Assembly: GCF_018977255.1 (NCBI RefSeq) | Contig: NW_024704742.1 | Coordinates: 120,716,001-120,780,000 of the forward strand | Length of the DNA: 64,000 bases | From: Callorhinchus milii | Taxonomy: Eukaryota | Direction: 5' to 3' | Shown: piece by piece, positions 49,432 to 62,336 of the stretch | How positions within the stretch are numbered: position 1 is the stretch's first letter | Layout: each line of letters opens with the position of its first letter | The notes under the pieces: model-generated | Seen by the model: the letters and a program-made list of their open reading frames with translations, nothing else | Database searches by the model: none | What the model was told of the DNA's origin: nothing | Program-made: the position numbers and the translations under genes

Positions 49432-50447
49432 GGGCAGAGTATAAGAGTAGGGAGGTTATGGTTAATCTATACAAAACACTGGTTAGGCCTCAGCTGGAGT
49501 ACTGCATCCAGTTCTGGGCACCTTACTTCAGGAAGGACATTAAGGCACTGGAAAGGATGCAGAGGAGATTCACGAGAATGACACCAGGAATGGGGAACCT
49601 TAGCTATGAGGACAGGCTGGAGAAGTTAGAACTTTTCCCATTAGAGCAGAGAAGGTTACGCGGGGACCTGATAGAGGTCTTCAAGATCATGAAAGGTTTC
49701 GACAGGCGAGATAGGGAAAAGCTGTTTCCGCTGGTAGGTGTGGCTGTGACCGTGGTGACAGTCTTAAGATATCTACCAAAAGAAGCAGAGGGGAGGTTAG
49801 AAGAAATTTTTCACTCAGCGAGTTGCTGGAATTTTGAATGATCTGCCTGAAAGGGCAGTGAAGTCCAATTCGATTACAGCTTTTAAGAGAGAACTGGATA
49901 GGTATCTGGGGAAGAAGGGTTTGCAGGATTATGGGGAGAAAGCTGGTGATTGGGGTTAGTGAAAGTGACTTGCTCTGTCAAAGAGCTGGTACAGACTCGA
50001 TGGGCCGAATGGCCTCCTTCTGTGCCATGACTTGCTCTGTCAAAGAGCTGGTACAGACTCGATGGGCCGAATGGCCTCCTTCTGTGCAATAATAATAATA
50101 ATAATAATAATCCTTGCATTTGATATAGCGCTTTTCACGTCAGGAGGACGTCCCAAAGCACTTCACAGAACACACTGTATAGTGAATTGACTGTATATTT
50201 GTGGGCGAACGCGGCAGCCAATTGCGCACAGCAATGTCCCACAAACAGACGTAGATTGAAAATGACCAATTTAATTATTGTTTTTGGTTTTTTGGAGGGA
50301 TTATTATTAGGCGTGTGGAGTAAGGAAACTTGCCCAAGGTTTCGCCCTCTGCCTGGAATTGAACTCAGGTCTCTCACTTGCAAAGCGAGTACTCTAACCA
50401 CTGAGCTACAGGACTCCATAACATTCTATGAATCTATGAATCTATGA
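49432..50447 (+). mobile_element. CR1-clade LINE 3' end with SINE inserted at 50088-50417
   Basis: LYKTLVRPQLEYCIQFWAPYFRKDIKALERMQRRFTRM..RRLRGDLIEVFKIMKG. Terminal (TCTATGAA)n at about 50425-50447 after the SINE. Confidence 0.92.
50088..50417 (-). mobile_element. Full-length young tRNA(Ala)-derived SINE
   Basis: Near-identical to 4673-4990, with a long (TAA)n tail. Confidence 0.92.
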
Positions 50448-50497
50448 AATACAAACAATACTTGCATCATTCTCAAGCATAATTCAAGCTTCTGGGA

Positions 50498-50977
50498 CAA
50501 CAACAACAACAACAAAATTACATTTGTATAGCGCCTTTCACGTCAGGAGGATGTGCCAAGGCGCTGGACAGACAGAGTTTCGGACACAAGCTGGGGGTCG
50601 GGGTCAGGGAGGGTGGAGGGCAGGAGGGGAAGCAGGGAGATTGAAAGCACGGTCGAAGAGGAAGGTCTTGAGATGGGTCTTGAAGGAGGCAAGGGAAAGG
50701 GCGAGGTGGAAGAATTGCGGGATGGAGTTCCAGAGGGCGGGGGCACAGTGGCAGAAGGCCCACCTGTGGGGCAAGCGAGGCGGGGGACATGAAGCAGGCT
50801 GAAGCCCGCTGAGCGGAGGGAGCAAGCGGGATGGCAGGGCGTTAGGAGGTCGCAGAGGTAGGGGGGAGCAAGACCATAGAGGACTTTGAAGGTGAGGACC
50901 AGAATCTTGAACTGTATCCTCTGTATGATGGGAAGCCAGTGGAGTCGGGAGGATGGGGGAGATAGGGTCATGGAGCA
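50498..50977 (-). mobile_element. L2-clade 3' end, CpG-rich and relatively young
   Basis: (CAA)n-AATTACATTTGTATAGCGCCTTTCACGTCAGGAGGATGTGCCAAGG tail. Remnants LHWLPIIQRIQFKILVLTFK and LWNSIP..FKTHLKTFLFDRAF. Confidence 0.9.
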
Positions 50978-51944
50978 AATACAGTTCTTCATGGATGGAT
51001 TAGAACTTATTGAGAGGGGTAGCTGAAAGAAACAGGAAAGAAGATAGAGCTTGATTCTATAACAGAAATATGATATTTACATGTGTGTGTGTGTCTGGTG
51101 GGGGGGCAGTCAAGCATGCTTTGAAGTTGGGGTTAATCTGGAAGGATGAGATCAAATGGGCAATGGCCTTCTTTATTTTACCTCTCTCTTGTGATCTTAT
51201 AATGAAATCCCAGAATATTGTAGGAACTGTTATTAGACTTGATGAGTAGTGCTTTCCTGTTTATTGTGAATTTTCCTCTCATACCATCACAACAACATTC
51301 ACAACAGCAATACAATAAACCATCATTCTGTGCATGTTAGCCATTTATTACTTAGCTTGTAATAGCACAATTCCTGTGCTATATATATTGTTTTGCCCAC
51401 AAATATACAATTAATTCACTTTACAGTCTATTCTGTGAAGTGCTTTGAGACATTGAGAAGACATGAAAAGCACTTTATAAAATGCAAGGATTATTATTAT
51501 TTATTGTTACATTAAAAGTGCAACATAAGAGTCCATTATTCATAATGAAAGATTGACGAGCTTGCCCTTCTGTGTGGGTAGAAGGTGGAAATGCAATGCA
51601 CATTAAGCCTGATATTTACAGTACAGAATGTTCTAATACAGTAGAACTTTTATTTTCGACCTCAAAAAGTACTGCGTAAATAGGAAAAATAGCATTGAGT
51701 GCATAAGCAACGACAACAATTATTTACATATAGATAAGATTTTTCAAGTCAGAAGGACATCTCAAAGTGGTTCACACAGCATACTGGGCACCTGAGCTAA
51801 CACAAGGGACACGGGAGGCAGGGGCGAAGTGGAGGATGAGTAGAGTCAGAAGTGGGGAAAGATAGGTCTTAAGTAATCACAGTACTGGAGGACAGACAGT
51901 GAGCGTAATTCGAGAATATAAGTCTTAAGGTGGGCTTTAAAGGC

Positions 51945-53185
51945 ACTCATTACTCAAACGCACACCTCGCCGGTCTCCTCAGTTCAACTATTCAAAAGAT
52001 CCAGCTCATTCAGAACTCTGCCGCCCACATACTCACCCAGATGGAACACCGTACCCACATCTCACCAGTTCTGGCCAGGTTCCACTGGCTCCTCATCACC
52101 GAATGGATCGACTTGAAGATCCTCACAATTGTGTTCAAATCCCTTCACTCTCTCGCACCTCCCTACCTCCTCACTCCCCAATCCACCACCCGGGCCCTCT
52201 GCTCGACTGGCACTCCTACTCATCCCTCGCACCCTCCACCCCACCATCGGAGCTCACGCTTTCAGCCACTATACCACAAAGCTCTGGATCACTCTCCTTC
52301 CATCCCGGCTTGCTCCCTTGTAATAAAGAGAGGAATGTGTGTGTCAGGCACATAGCTTGCAGCATGGAAAAACAGGAACATGGTACCAGACATCAGACAA
52401 AGCTATCAGGAACCAAGAACCAAATGATCGGCCTGATCAAGGAAAGGCCTTGTAAAATACATGTGACAAGAAGGAAGTAGCAGAGCATAAAACCAGGGTT
52501 AAGATTAAAGGAAGTACCACATTGTGGACCTAACAATTAAAGAAAGAGATAAGGGCAGAACCTTACGAAATGGCAGTGGGGCCCAGAGGAAGGATGATCT
52601 CACACATCTGGAGATCAAAGTAGTACTGTTCATCCCTGGGTGATTAGAAGACTACTTCTAATTGGGAATGGGAACAAAGAGTGCAGAATTAGCACTTCAG
52701 ATTGGAGTTAAAAGACCTAGAGAGAGAGAAAATTAAGTAGAAGAGGACTCGAGTCGAAGGACAGCAACGACTGTATAGGAGGAAGGCTTTTCTCCAACCA
52801 GAACCAATCCCAGGCTAGGGTCGTGGCTAATATGGTTTTGGCTGCTGTGTTTGCTAAAGCTGCATGCTAATATGATAAAATATTATCAATGTTAATGCAG
52901 GGAATGTAACTTTGTGTGTTTGAATGAATCTTATGAAGCTTTGGTGATCTTGCGTGTGTGAACTCTTGTTGAGTAAACTGGGGCAGTCCTGAATTCCTAC
53001 ACCTTCTCTCCTTTTTCCAGTACTGCCTGAAAACCTTCCTCTTCAACCGTGCTTATGTTAACACCCCCCCCCACCCCCACCTCACCCTCCCAGCCTGGAG
53101 TCAGGCTCCGCCACTGTTAAGTGCTCTGAGACGCTACCCTGCTTGGAGGGCGCCATATAAGTGCAAGTTGTTGCCTCTGTTGTTG
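51945..53185 (+). mobile_element. L2-clade 3' end split by an LTR-like insertion
   Basis: Remnant QKIQLIQNSAAHIL..HWLLI.EWIDLKIL up to 52318. Resumes at 53002 (CCTGAAAACCTTCCTCTTCAACCGTGC) and ends GCAAGTTGTTG. Confidence 0.85.
52319..53001. mobile_element. Probable solo LTR (683 bp)
   Basis: TGTA...TACA termini. Interrupts an L2 precisely. The flanks CCCT / CCTT resemble a 4-bp TSD with one mismatch. Confidence 0.65.
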
Positions 53186-55065
53186 TTAAAGGTGAGAGGG
53201 TGGGGAGGCATGGCGGAAGGTCATTGAGATGGAGTTCCAGAGAGCTAATAGCTTGCCCACTGATGGCAAGGACATAAAGCAGCTTGATATTAGCTGAGGG
53301 AAGGGAGCAGCTGGGTTGGTAGGGTTCAGTAGGTCGAGGTAGGATGGAAGTGGCTGTGGAGGGATTTGAACACGTGAACGAGAATCTTCAATTCGATCTA
53401 CTGGAGGACGGGCAGCGAGTGGATCTGAACGAGGATGGGAGTGATACATTCATGGAATGTGGCATGGGAGAGGACATGGGGTGCATGAAGAATTGTGGTG
53501 TTAACTAAAAATGTCCACTATATTTCTTAGCTTCAGGGTGAAAATAAATGATAGACTTTAATAAGAATTGTCCAATCTCTAATTGACAGCAGCTACGAGA
53601 CATGGCTTGCTGTAACATTTTAATGATAACGAAAAAGCAATAGTGATACATCCTCAGCATGAGTGAACATTAATGGGAATATTCTGTCCCTCTCTTTGTT
53701 ATGTAGTCTGCAAGCATCGTTTTTTAATGATTGCTTTGGACCAGAAATAGCAGAATTATCTCCCCGTCCATAATCTAAACATGTTGGAGTAATGAACAAC
53801 TGTACTTTAGGGGAGAAATTGTGTTCTGTTCTTAAATATATACTTTCATTTCTTTTAAAATCTCTATCTTTAGGTATTCTCTTCTCCCTTTGGTCCTTCC
53901 ATTCCTTGGACAAGGACATGATTCAACCTGATTCTGCTTGGTAACTGGCCATGAGTCAGAGTAATAATAATAATAATCCTTGCATTTGAATTGGCGCTTT
54001 TCACGTCTTCTAGACATCTCAAAGCGCTTAAAGTACAAGAATGATTGTGGTAACTCACAAGTTATGTTATTTCTTCCTCCCTGCAGACATGAACGTTATG
54101 TTTTCTCTTCCACCTCTGGCTGACTACAACTGTGAATTTGCTTGTTGAGAATCCATGGATCGAAACGCAGGACTTGCTATTCTATACCAAAGCAAATTGG
54201 AATACGAATGGACTACACCACTGTACCCACATTCTTGTGTGTGTGTGTGTGTGTGCAGGCAGGCAGGTAGGTAGGTAGGTATGTTTTTTTTGTTTCGGTG
54301 GGGGAGATTGATTCAAACTGGTGAATTAAAGGGCATCATTGTTATACCATTTGGTTATCTAGATTCCGATCACATTTTTCTATCTTTAGTGTAATTGAAT
54401 GTTCAGTGTTTTAGTTGATCAACTTGATGGTTCCCTAGGGTTCTGTTCGCTCTCCCACTTTGTTCCTTCTCCACATCAATGACAACCTCCAACAACATGC
54501 ATCTTATGAGTCTTTTGCAGGTGATTTCACTGTAGATTCATCAACTTCCTTCACCTACATACTGTCAATACATATAACCTGTGTCCTCTTCTCTCAGTGC
54601 AGACTTATTTACTAAAAATTACTCCTCCATTTCTTTCAATGAGGAAATGTTTCTATTAAATCTTCAGAGAAAGTTTCTTTATGCCTCTCCGAAGTCTAAC
54701 CAGCTCGCACTGTTGACAGCCCTCTTAATACATTTTCTTTGCATCCTATTACCTCTTTTGATCTTGAGTGGAATTCTCAAATCTCTTCCATTCTTGAAGC
54801 ACCCTCCCAAAAACTCACCTAATTTTGTTCCTTACACTTTATTTTCCACTGAGCGGCTCTAATTTGTTCACCCAAAGACTTAGATACGACTTTCATAGGA
54901 GGGAAGCAATTTCTCTGCCTTGGCCCCTCTTTAGCCGTCTTCAGATTGCATCTGAAGACTTTCTTCTTTAACCATGTATATGGTCACCTCCCACTTCCCA
55001 CTGGCTCAGCCTGAAACTATGCCACTTCATCTCCACAAACATTTTTTCCTCTATTCTCCACACTG

Positions 55066-56142
55066 TCTCATGCTGCGTTCCTCAGGGCTCTGTCCTTGGT
55101 CTCCTCCTCTTCAACATCTATATGCTCCCTCTTGACATCATTCGCAGACATGGGGTCAACTTCCACATGTATGCGGATGACACCCAACTATACCTCTTTG
55201 CCTCCACCCTTGTCTCCAGGACCACTGCTGTGCTGACAGAATGTCTGTCAGACATCAAGTCCTGGATGAGAGCTAACTTTCTTCAGCTGAACGTCAACAA
55301 GACCGAGGCCCCCCTGATTGGCTCCCGTCAGTGCCTCCCACCTCAGGCACTGACAGCATCACCATCCATGGTTGCACATTCCACCTTACTAAGCCAGTCT
55401 GGAACCTTGGGGTCCTGTTTGACCCTCAACTATCCTTTCTACCCCACATTTGCGCCATGACCCGCTCTGCCTTCCCCCACCTCAGCAACATCGCCCGGCT
55501 CTGCCACTGTCTCACACTGCAGCCGCCGAAACCCTCATACATGCCTTCATTACATCCAGGCTCGACTATGCAAACTCTTTGCTTGTCAGCCTCCTCAACT
55601 CCTCCCTCCATAGGTTGCAGATCATCTAGAACTCTGCAGCCCGTGTCGTCTCCCGCACCAGGCTCCATGACCCTATCACCCCCATCCTCGCCCAACTCCA
55701 CTGGCTTCCCATCAGACAGAGGATACAGTTCAAGATTCTGGTCCTCACCTTCAAAGCCCTCCATGGCCTTGCTCCCCCCTACCTCTGCGAACTCCTAACA
55801 CCCTACGATCCTGCCCACTCCCTCCGCTTAGCGGGCTCCGGCCTGCTCCATGTCCCCTCCCTCACCTGCCCCACCATTGGTGGGTGGGCCTTCTGCCAGT
55901 CTGCCCCCACCCCTGGAACTCCATCCCGCAGTCCCTCCACCTCGGCCCCCCTTGCCTCCTTCAAGACCCATCTCAAGATCCTTCTCTTCAACCATGCTTT
56001 CGATCACCCTGCTTTCCCCACTGCCCTCCACCCTCCCCAATCCCGACCCCCAGCACGTGTCCGAAACACTGACTGTCCAGCACCTTTGGACATCTTCCCG
56101 ATGTGAGAGATGCTATACAAATGTAATTTTGTTGTTGTTGTT
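55066..56142 (+). mobile_element. L2-clade LINE 3' 1.1 kb, well preserved
   Basis: PQGSVLG region, [35 protein letters not shown], intact 3' end ATACAAATGTAATTTTGTTGTTGTTG. Confidence 0.92.
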
Positions 56143-56478
56143 GCCATTGTTCAGCACTCTGAAAAGTTACATTTTGTAAAGGATGCAATATAAATGCAAG
56201 TTGTTGTTGCAGTTTCGGATAGGAAACAATAAAATAGATCACTTCTTCCTGGGTCTCTGTTTTATCAATACTGCTATGACCCTTCCTCCTTCAAACTTTC
56301 TTCTCCCGTTCTTTCAAAGTTCTGAATATATTGTCCTATATACTCTTTCCCTCCTCTTTGCATTGTCACTATGTTGTTGTAATTAAAGCTGAACTCTTTT
56401 TCTAACATATTATTCTATGGCTCAAAGACAGAACCCTTACTTCTATCGATTATCCCTTCGAAATATGATATATATTAC

Positions 56479-56790
56479 GGAGTCCTGTAGCTCAGTGGTT
56501 AGAGCACTCGCCTCACAAGTGAGAGAACCTGGGTTTGATTCCTAGCAGGGCGAAACCTTGGGAAAGTCTCCTTACTCCACTCACCTGATAATAATCCTTC
56601 AAAAAAAAACAATAAAATTGGTTACTTCAAACAATGATTGTTTGTGGGACACTGCTATGCGCAATTAGCTGCCACGTTTCGCCCACAAATATACAGTCAA
56701 TTCACTTTACAGTCTATTTTGTGAAGCACTTTGAGACGTCTAGAAGATGTGAAAAGCGCTTTATCAAATGCAAAGATTATTATTTTATTA
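56479..56790 (+). mobile_element. Full-length tRNA-derived SINE
   Basis: GGAGTCCTGTAGCTCAGTGGTTAGAGCACTCGCCTCACAAGTGAG head, core and tail. Confidence 0.9.
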
Positions 56791-57049
56791 TATAGGATAT
56801 TGAAATTCAAGCTTCAGGTAATGTAGACACATATTAAATCATGTTGTTTCTCAGCTATTCTTTTCAATCTTGATAGAGAAATTATAAGGTATATGGTTCT
56901 TAACCCAGGTTCTCAGTAGAAAACTACAAAGGCGATAAATGACAGCCTATTCTATAAATGAAGGCAACCTATTTCATGGTGGAGACTATCCTCTAAAACC
57001 TTGCAGAAATAAACACAGCACAATCAATCTGCTGATAATAATAATGCTA

Positions 57050-57450
57050 ATGATGATCCTTGCAAAAGGTATAGCACTTTTCACATCAGAAAGATATCTC
57101 AAATAATTTAGCAGGAGTTACTCTAAGGTACAGTGACTGTATTTGTAGATAAACGCAGCAGCCCATTTGCACACAGCAGTGTTCTACAAATAGCCAAGTA
57201 TTGAATGACCAATTTTATGTGAGGAATTGTTGACCAGGACACTGGGAAAACGTGCCTTTGAGTAGAGTCATGACACCATTCACCTGAACAGGCAAACAGC
57301 ACCTCAGTTTGTGTCATCTAAAGCATAGCATCTCCTACATATGCAATACACCCTCAGTGTTTCATTGGAGTTTGAGCTCCAAGTGCCTAAGTGTGGCTTT
57401 AACCCAGACTTTCCGACTCAAAGTGCTACCAAGTGAGCAAGGCTGATACA
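57050..57450 (-). mobile_element. Old DeuSINE-like copy
   Basis: Reverse complement resembles 13228-13622: GACCAGGACACTGGGAAAAC, CATTCACCTGAA, and a degenerate tRNA head ending GGCTGATACA. Confidence 0.6.
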
Positions 57451-58116
57451 CCACAATAGAAAATATATGAAAGTGGAGATAATGGCTGTTGCCTAAACAT
57501 CTCCACATTTTTTTTATTAACTCCAAAACTATGCCTCCCAAATTGTTACTGGTTAGGGAGCATAGTCATACTAACAGCATCTAACTTAAGTATATTAATT
57601 GGGTCTAATTTAGATGTATAAAGAAGTAGCATTGGCGTAAATTTTAAAATTGCATACACAATTAGGTTAATTACTTAGATTTTTTCCTATGACTCAAAAA
57701 GGATAAGGTCTGTCATCATTAAACACTGAGGTTGTACTCATTAAAATAAATGGAAAACTGCATTACTGATTCGGGCTAAGAGGAGAGGATTTGCATTTCC
57801 AAATGAGCTTAATTGCAAAACAGATTTTATTATACAACTCCAAACCTCAAAGGATAAGGAAAGCCTAGAGGGAATTTATTTCAGTACAAAATATTTCAAC
57901 ACATGTAAAATTTAAGAAGAAATTTGGCTAGTCTCTTTTACTCCCTTGAAACCTTCTGTAATACTACTGTATCCACCCTTATCACAAACCTAGACTCGTT
58001 TTGAAATTCTATCTATGGGGCATCCTGGAACATTATTCATTGAAAAGCAGCTTGAAGCAGCTTACAAAAATTCTATGGCTCAGTGCATTGGAAACTTCTA
58101 ATGTTATTTATATATT

Positions 58117-58352
58117 AATAATAATAATCCTTGCATTTGATATATCACCTAATCATGTTATTGGGATGTCTCAAAGCGCTTCACAGAATATACTGTAAAG
58201 TGGATTGACTGTGTAATTTGTGGGAGAAACGCAGAAGACAATGGCACACAGCAGTGTCCCACAAACAGTCCATGGTTTTGTCCCGCCTGGGAATCTAACC
58301 TGCGACCTCTCGCTTGCAAGGCGAGTATGCTAACCACTATGCTACGGGACTC
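58117..58352 (-). mobile_element. tRNA-derived SINE with internal deletion
   Basis: Tail and core are joined almost directly to the tRNA head. Confidence 0.85.
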
Positions 58353-58645
58353 TTTACTTATTCACAATAGTAAAGAAAATGATATTCCAGAATTCTAAAA
58401 TGGAAAACAGTAACATAAGAGTGAGAAAATAGCACAAGTATGACAACATTTGAAAATACATTACATTGTACGGACAAAAGATAAGGAAGATTACAGCAAA
58501 GTAAATAATGGAGAATGCATGAGCAGAAGGGAATAGAGGGGTATGGAGAGAAGATTAGGAAGGGTGGAGACCCATTTGGGGTATAATCACCAAGCTATAG
58601 TGTTCTACGTAATTGTAATTATAATATAATATAATATAATAAATA

Positions 58646-59015
58646 TAATAATAATCCTTATGTTTGATACAGTGCCTTATCACATCTTCAAGATGTCTCA
58701 AAGCGCTTCACAAAATATAGTGTAAAGTAAATTGACTATATTTTGCGGGTGAAAAGTGTTAGCCAATTGCGCACAGCAGTGTGCCACAAATAGTTGTGGA
58801 TTGAGTGACCAAATTATTATTATTTCTTTTAAAAGGGATTATTATCAGTGGAAAAGCCATCCGCCAATCAACTAACAGCCGGGTTCTTGCTTACTGGTAG
58901 GTAAATGGAGGCGTGTGGAGTAAGGAAACCTGGCAAACATTTTGCCCGGCTAGGAATTAAACCCAGGTCTCTCGCTTGGAAAGCGAGTACTCTAACCACT
59001 GAGCTACAGCACTCC
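58646..59015 (-). mobile_element. Full-length tRNA-derived SINE, long variant
   Basis: Includes the CCGCCAATCAACTAACAGCCGGGTTCTTGCTTACTGGTAGGTAAA segment. Confidence 0.9.
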
Positions 59016-59450
59016 ACCAATTCTATGCAAAGGGAAACATGACAGGTACCAAAGTGAGAACAATTAAGAACAACAACTTGCAATTATATAGCGCCCTTCA
59101 CACGTGGAGCATCCTTAAGAATGGCATAGAGGATTGAAAAGAAAGCGGCAAAGAGAGAAATCCAGGATTTGGGGCTGGGTCACATGCAGAAATAGACTAG
59201 ATATTTCATATTGTAAAATATGAAGAAACATTAAGTGTTGAGATTCATGCTAAATGTTCATCAACAGTAAAGAAATGTCTAAATTCAGATTATGATCTAA
59301 TTATTTCCCCAACCACCACTTCATTCCTCTCCCTGTTATTATCTCACACGTCCTGCCATCTTTGAGTTGTCAACCAGGCAAACAAACCCCAGTGTAAGGT
59401 TTTGTGTGTTTAGCTCAGTAGGATTTGAAAGATGGAAGAGAGGAAATTGA

Positions 59451-59930
59451 GATTCATAGATTCATAGAATGTTACGGCACAGAAGAAGGCCATTCGACCC
59501 ATCGAGTCTGTGCCGGCTCTTTGACAGAGCAAGTCACTTTCACTAACCCCAATCACCAGCTTTCTCCCCATAACCCTGCAAACCCTTCTTCCCCAGATAC
59601 CTATCCAGTTCTCTCTTAAAAGCTGTTATCGAATCGGACTTCACTGCCCTTTCAGGCAGATCATTCAAAATTCGAACAACTCGCTGAGTGAAAAAATTTC
59701 TTCTAACCTCCACTCTGCTTCTTTTGGTAGGTATCTTAAGACTGTGACCACGGGTCACAGACACACCTACCAGCGGAAACAGCTTTTCCTTATCTCGCCT
59801 GTCGAAACCTTTCATGATCTTGAAGACCTCTATCAGCTCCCCACGTAAGCTTCTCTGCTCTAATGGGAAAAGTCCTAACTTCTCCAGCCTGTCCTCATAG
59901 CTAAGGTTCCCCATTCCTGGTATCATTCTC
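59451..59930 (-). mobile_element. CR1-clade LINE 3' end, young
   Basis: Open ORF MIPGMGNLSYEDRLEKLGLFPLEQR..TRGHSLK..RRNFFTQRVV. Highly similar to 49575-50030. (ATTCATAG)n tail. Confidence 0.92.
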
Positions 59931-61489
59931 ATGGTGGAGAAGTTGACAATATGCCATCTGAGAAAATTATTTTAAACCGCAGAAGGGGAAAGTGTCAGAC
60001 TGTCGGTGACACACTTCAGAACTGTGTACTAATTGACCTGTTACTGTATAAGAACAAAGAAGGAATCAACAACTGACTATCAATGTGACAAAGCGTCATT
60101 CTAAATTAACCTCATTCTGATGAAAGCGAACACAATATGCAGTACCTGTGTGATGCATACACACCCACAAAACAAACAAGATTCTGTGTGTAATATGCCC
60201 TCGTATTTTTAGCAGGAATTTCATATCATTATAAAGCGGCCATAAACACTACTGCATTTTAATAAGATCAATATTAACAGTGTTTCCAATTTGCATGTTC
60301 AATCTAAACAAGCATTCTAAAGGTTGCCATTATTCATCTTAGTGCAATCACACACCTACAACAACTTGCATTTAGATAGCACCTCTCCCTTAAAAAAAGT
60401 TGCTCAAAGCACCAGACGTCATTCAAGAGAAATCAAAAATTTAGCACACGTGAGATATTTAAGCTGCTTTCAACTGTTTCTTGGTGATCGTTATCAATCA
60501 TTATCCTTGCATTTGATATAATGTCTTACCCCGTCGTTGAGATGTCTCAAAGCACTTCACAGAATATATTGTAAAATGGATCGACTGTGTAATTGTGGGC
60601 GCAATGTGGCAGCCAATTGCATACAGCTCATGAGCTGCAGAGGGAGAGGCTTGGGATCAGTAAGCCGACTTTCACTTGTGCCAAGGGAATATTGCACAGC
60701 ATGGAGGAGGTGAGAAGCAGTAAATAAATGTCTGAAATAATAGTACAAATAATGATTTGCATTTGATTTACTGTCCAAAATTTTGAAAGGGCTTCACAGT
60801 TTAATAACTGTCAAAATTATTGCCTGCGCACTTATAGTCAAGCATGGCAGCCAGCAAGGTCACACAAACAGCCATGAATGAATTAACAATTTATCTGGTA
60901 GATTTGTTGGTCAGGCCACTGGGAGAAAGGCTCTTCTTTTTTTGAAATAGTGTTATGGAATCTTTAATGTCCTCCTGAAGAGACACACACGACCTGTGTT
61001 TAGCCTCTTAGCTGATGGACGCATGAGAATTAGATTAAATATAGAAAAAAAATCCAATATGTCTTGCTCTGCATGAGGATTATGTGCTATCTAAAAGCTG
61101 CCTGGTTGCAATGCCAGCTCTAATAAAGCACATGCAATGTGATGCACATGCAGGTAAGGTGGTCCCAGCAATTATATACTACTGTAATAATAATCCTTAC
61201 ATTTGGTATATTTTGGTATATTTCATGTCAGGAAATCATAAAAGGTGCTATACCAAATGTAAGGATTTACTGTAAAGTACAGTGACTGGATTTTGTAGCC
61301 AAACATGTTAGCTAATCTGCAAAAAGCAATGCATCACAAATATGAAGAAATAACAGAAAGACAGTATGTCACAGCTGTTAAAAAACAGTCACCACCGAGC
61401 TGGATATCTGAAAATCCATCTCAATACTCAACAGAAATAATATGCAGCATGTAAAAGACAATCGGATGCCAGTGATGATATTTTGCTAC

Positions 61490-61780
61490 AATCTCTGAAC
61501 TCATGTACATAGGGATTCAGAATTCAAACCCAGAACAATATTTGTAGATAGGCCAGGACAACAGAACAAGAGGATACAGATTCAAGGTAGCAAAGGGCAT
61601 TTTCAGGATAAACACCAGGAAATATTTTTTTACCCAGAGGGAAATTAATCACTAGATCAGATTGTCAGGAAGGGTAGTTGAGGCCAGGATACTGGGCTTG
61701 TTAAGAAACAGCCTGATGCTCTGATGGGAGGATGGCAGAGCGGGTGTTCTGGAAAAATGAGGTCAAATGGACAAAAAAAA
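61490..61780 (+). mobile_element. Old CR1 3' fragment
   Basis: AGAACAAGAGGATACAGATTCAAG..TTTTTTACCCAGAGG..GTAGTTGAGGCC resembles the TRGH..FFTQRV..VVEA region. Confidence 0.55.
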
Positions 61781-62039
61781 TTTCTTCATACAAATTGATC
61801 AAGCACCTTGAGAAGCTGCCCTGCGTGAAGGGCACTATATAATAGTAAGTTGTTGTTGGTGTTGATCTTGTGATCACGTGATCTGGTGGACAGCAATATA
61901 AATAGATGATAAGATTTCAAGCCTTCGCACTGGAAACTAAGGATCCAGTAAATAAGAACTTGTTTTGTAACCCACCACAAAGAATGTGATGGTAATCAGC
62001 ATAGTTGTCGTTAAATGGGAAATCTCATCCACTTTTATT

Positions 62040-62336
62040 GAGTCCTGCAGTGTATCGGTTAGAGCACTCACCTCGCAATCAAGAGGATTCGATTCCGGGC
62101 AGGATGAAATCTTAGACAAGTTTCCTTTCTCTACATGTCTCTGTTTACCTAGCAGTAAGTAGGAACCTGGTTGTTAGTCAATTGGCAGATCGTTTGCCGT
62201 GGGTAATAATAAGTCCTTCAAAAAACTATTTGGTCACTCAATCCACACTGTTTGTGGGACACGCCGTGCGCAATTGGTGACGCTTTTCTCCCACAAAATA
62301 TACAGGCACCATATCAAATGCAAGGATTATTATTAC
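62040..62336 (+). mobile_element. tRNA-derived SINE, long variant
   Basis: Head with CTCGCAA loop, TGTTTACCTAGCAGTAAGTAGGAACC segment, core and tail. Confidence 0.85.

Noticed and set aside
54070..54230. Possible exon after a TTCTTCCTCCCTGCAG acceptor
   Set aside because: No coding signal, no clear partner exons, and no expression evidence is available from sequence alone.
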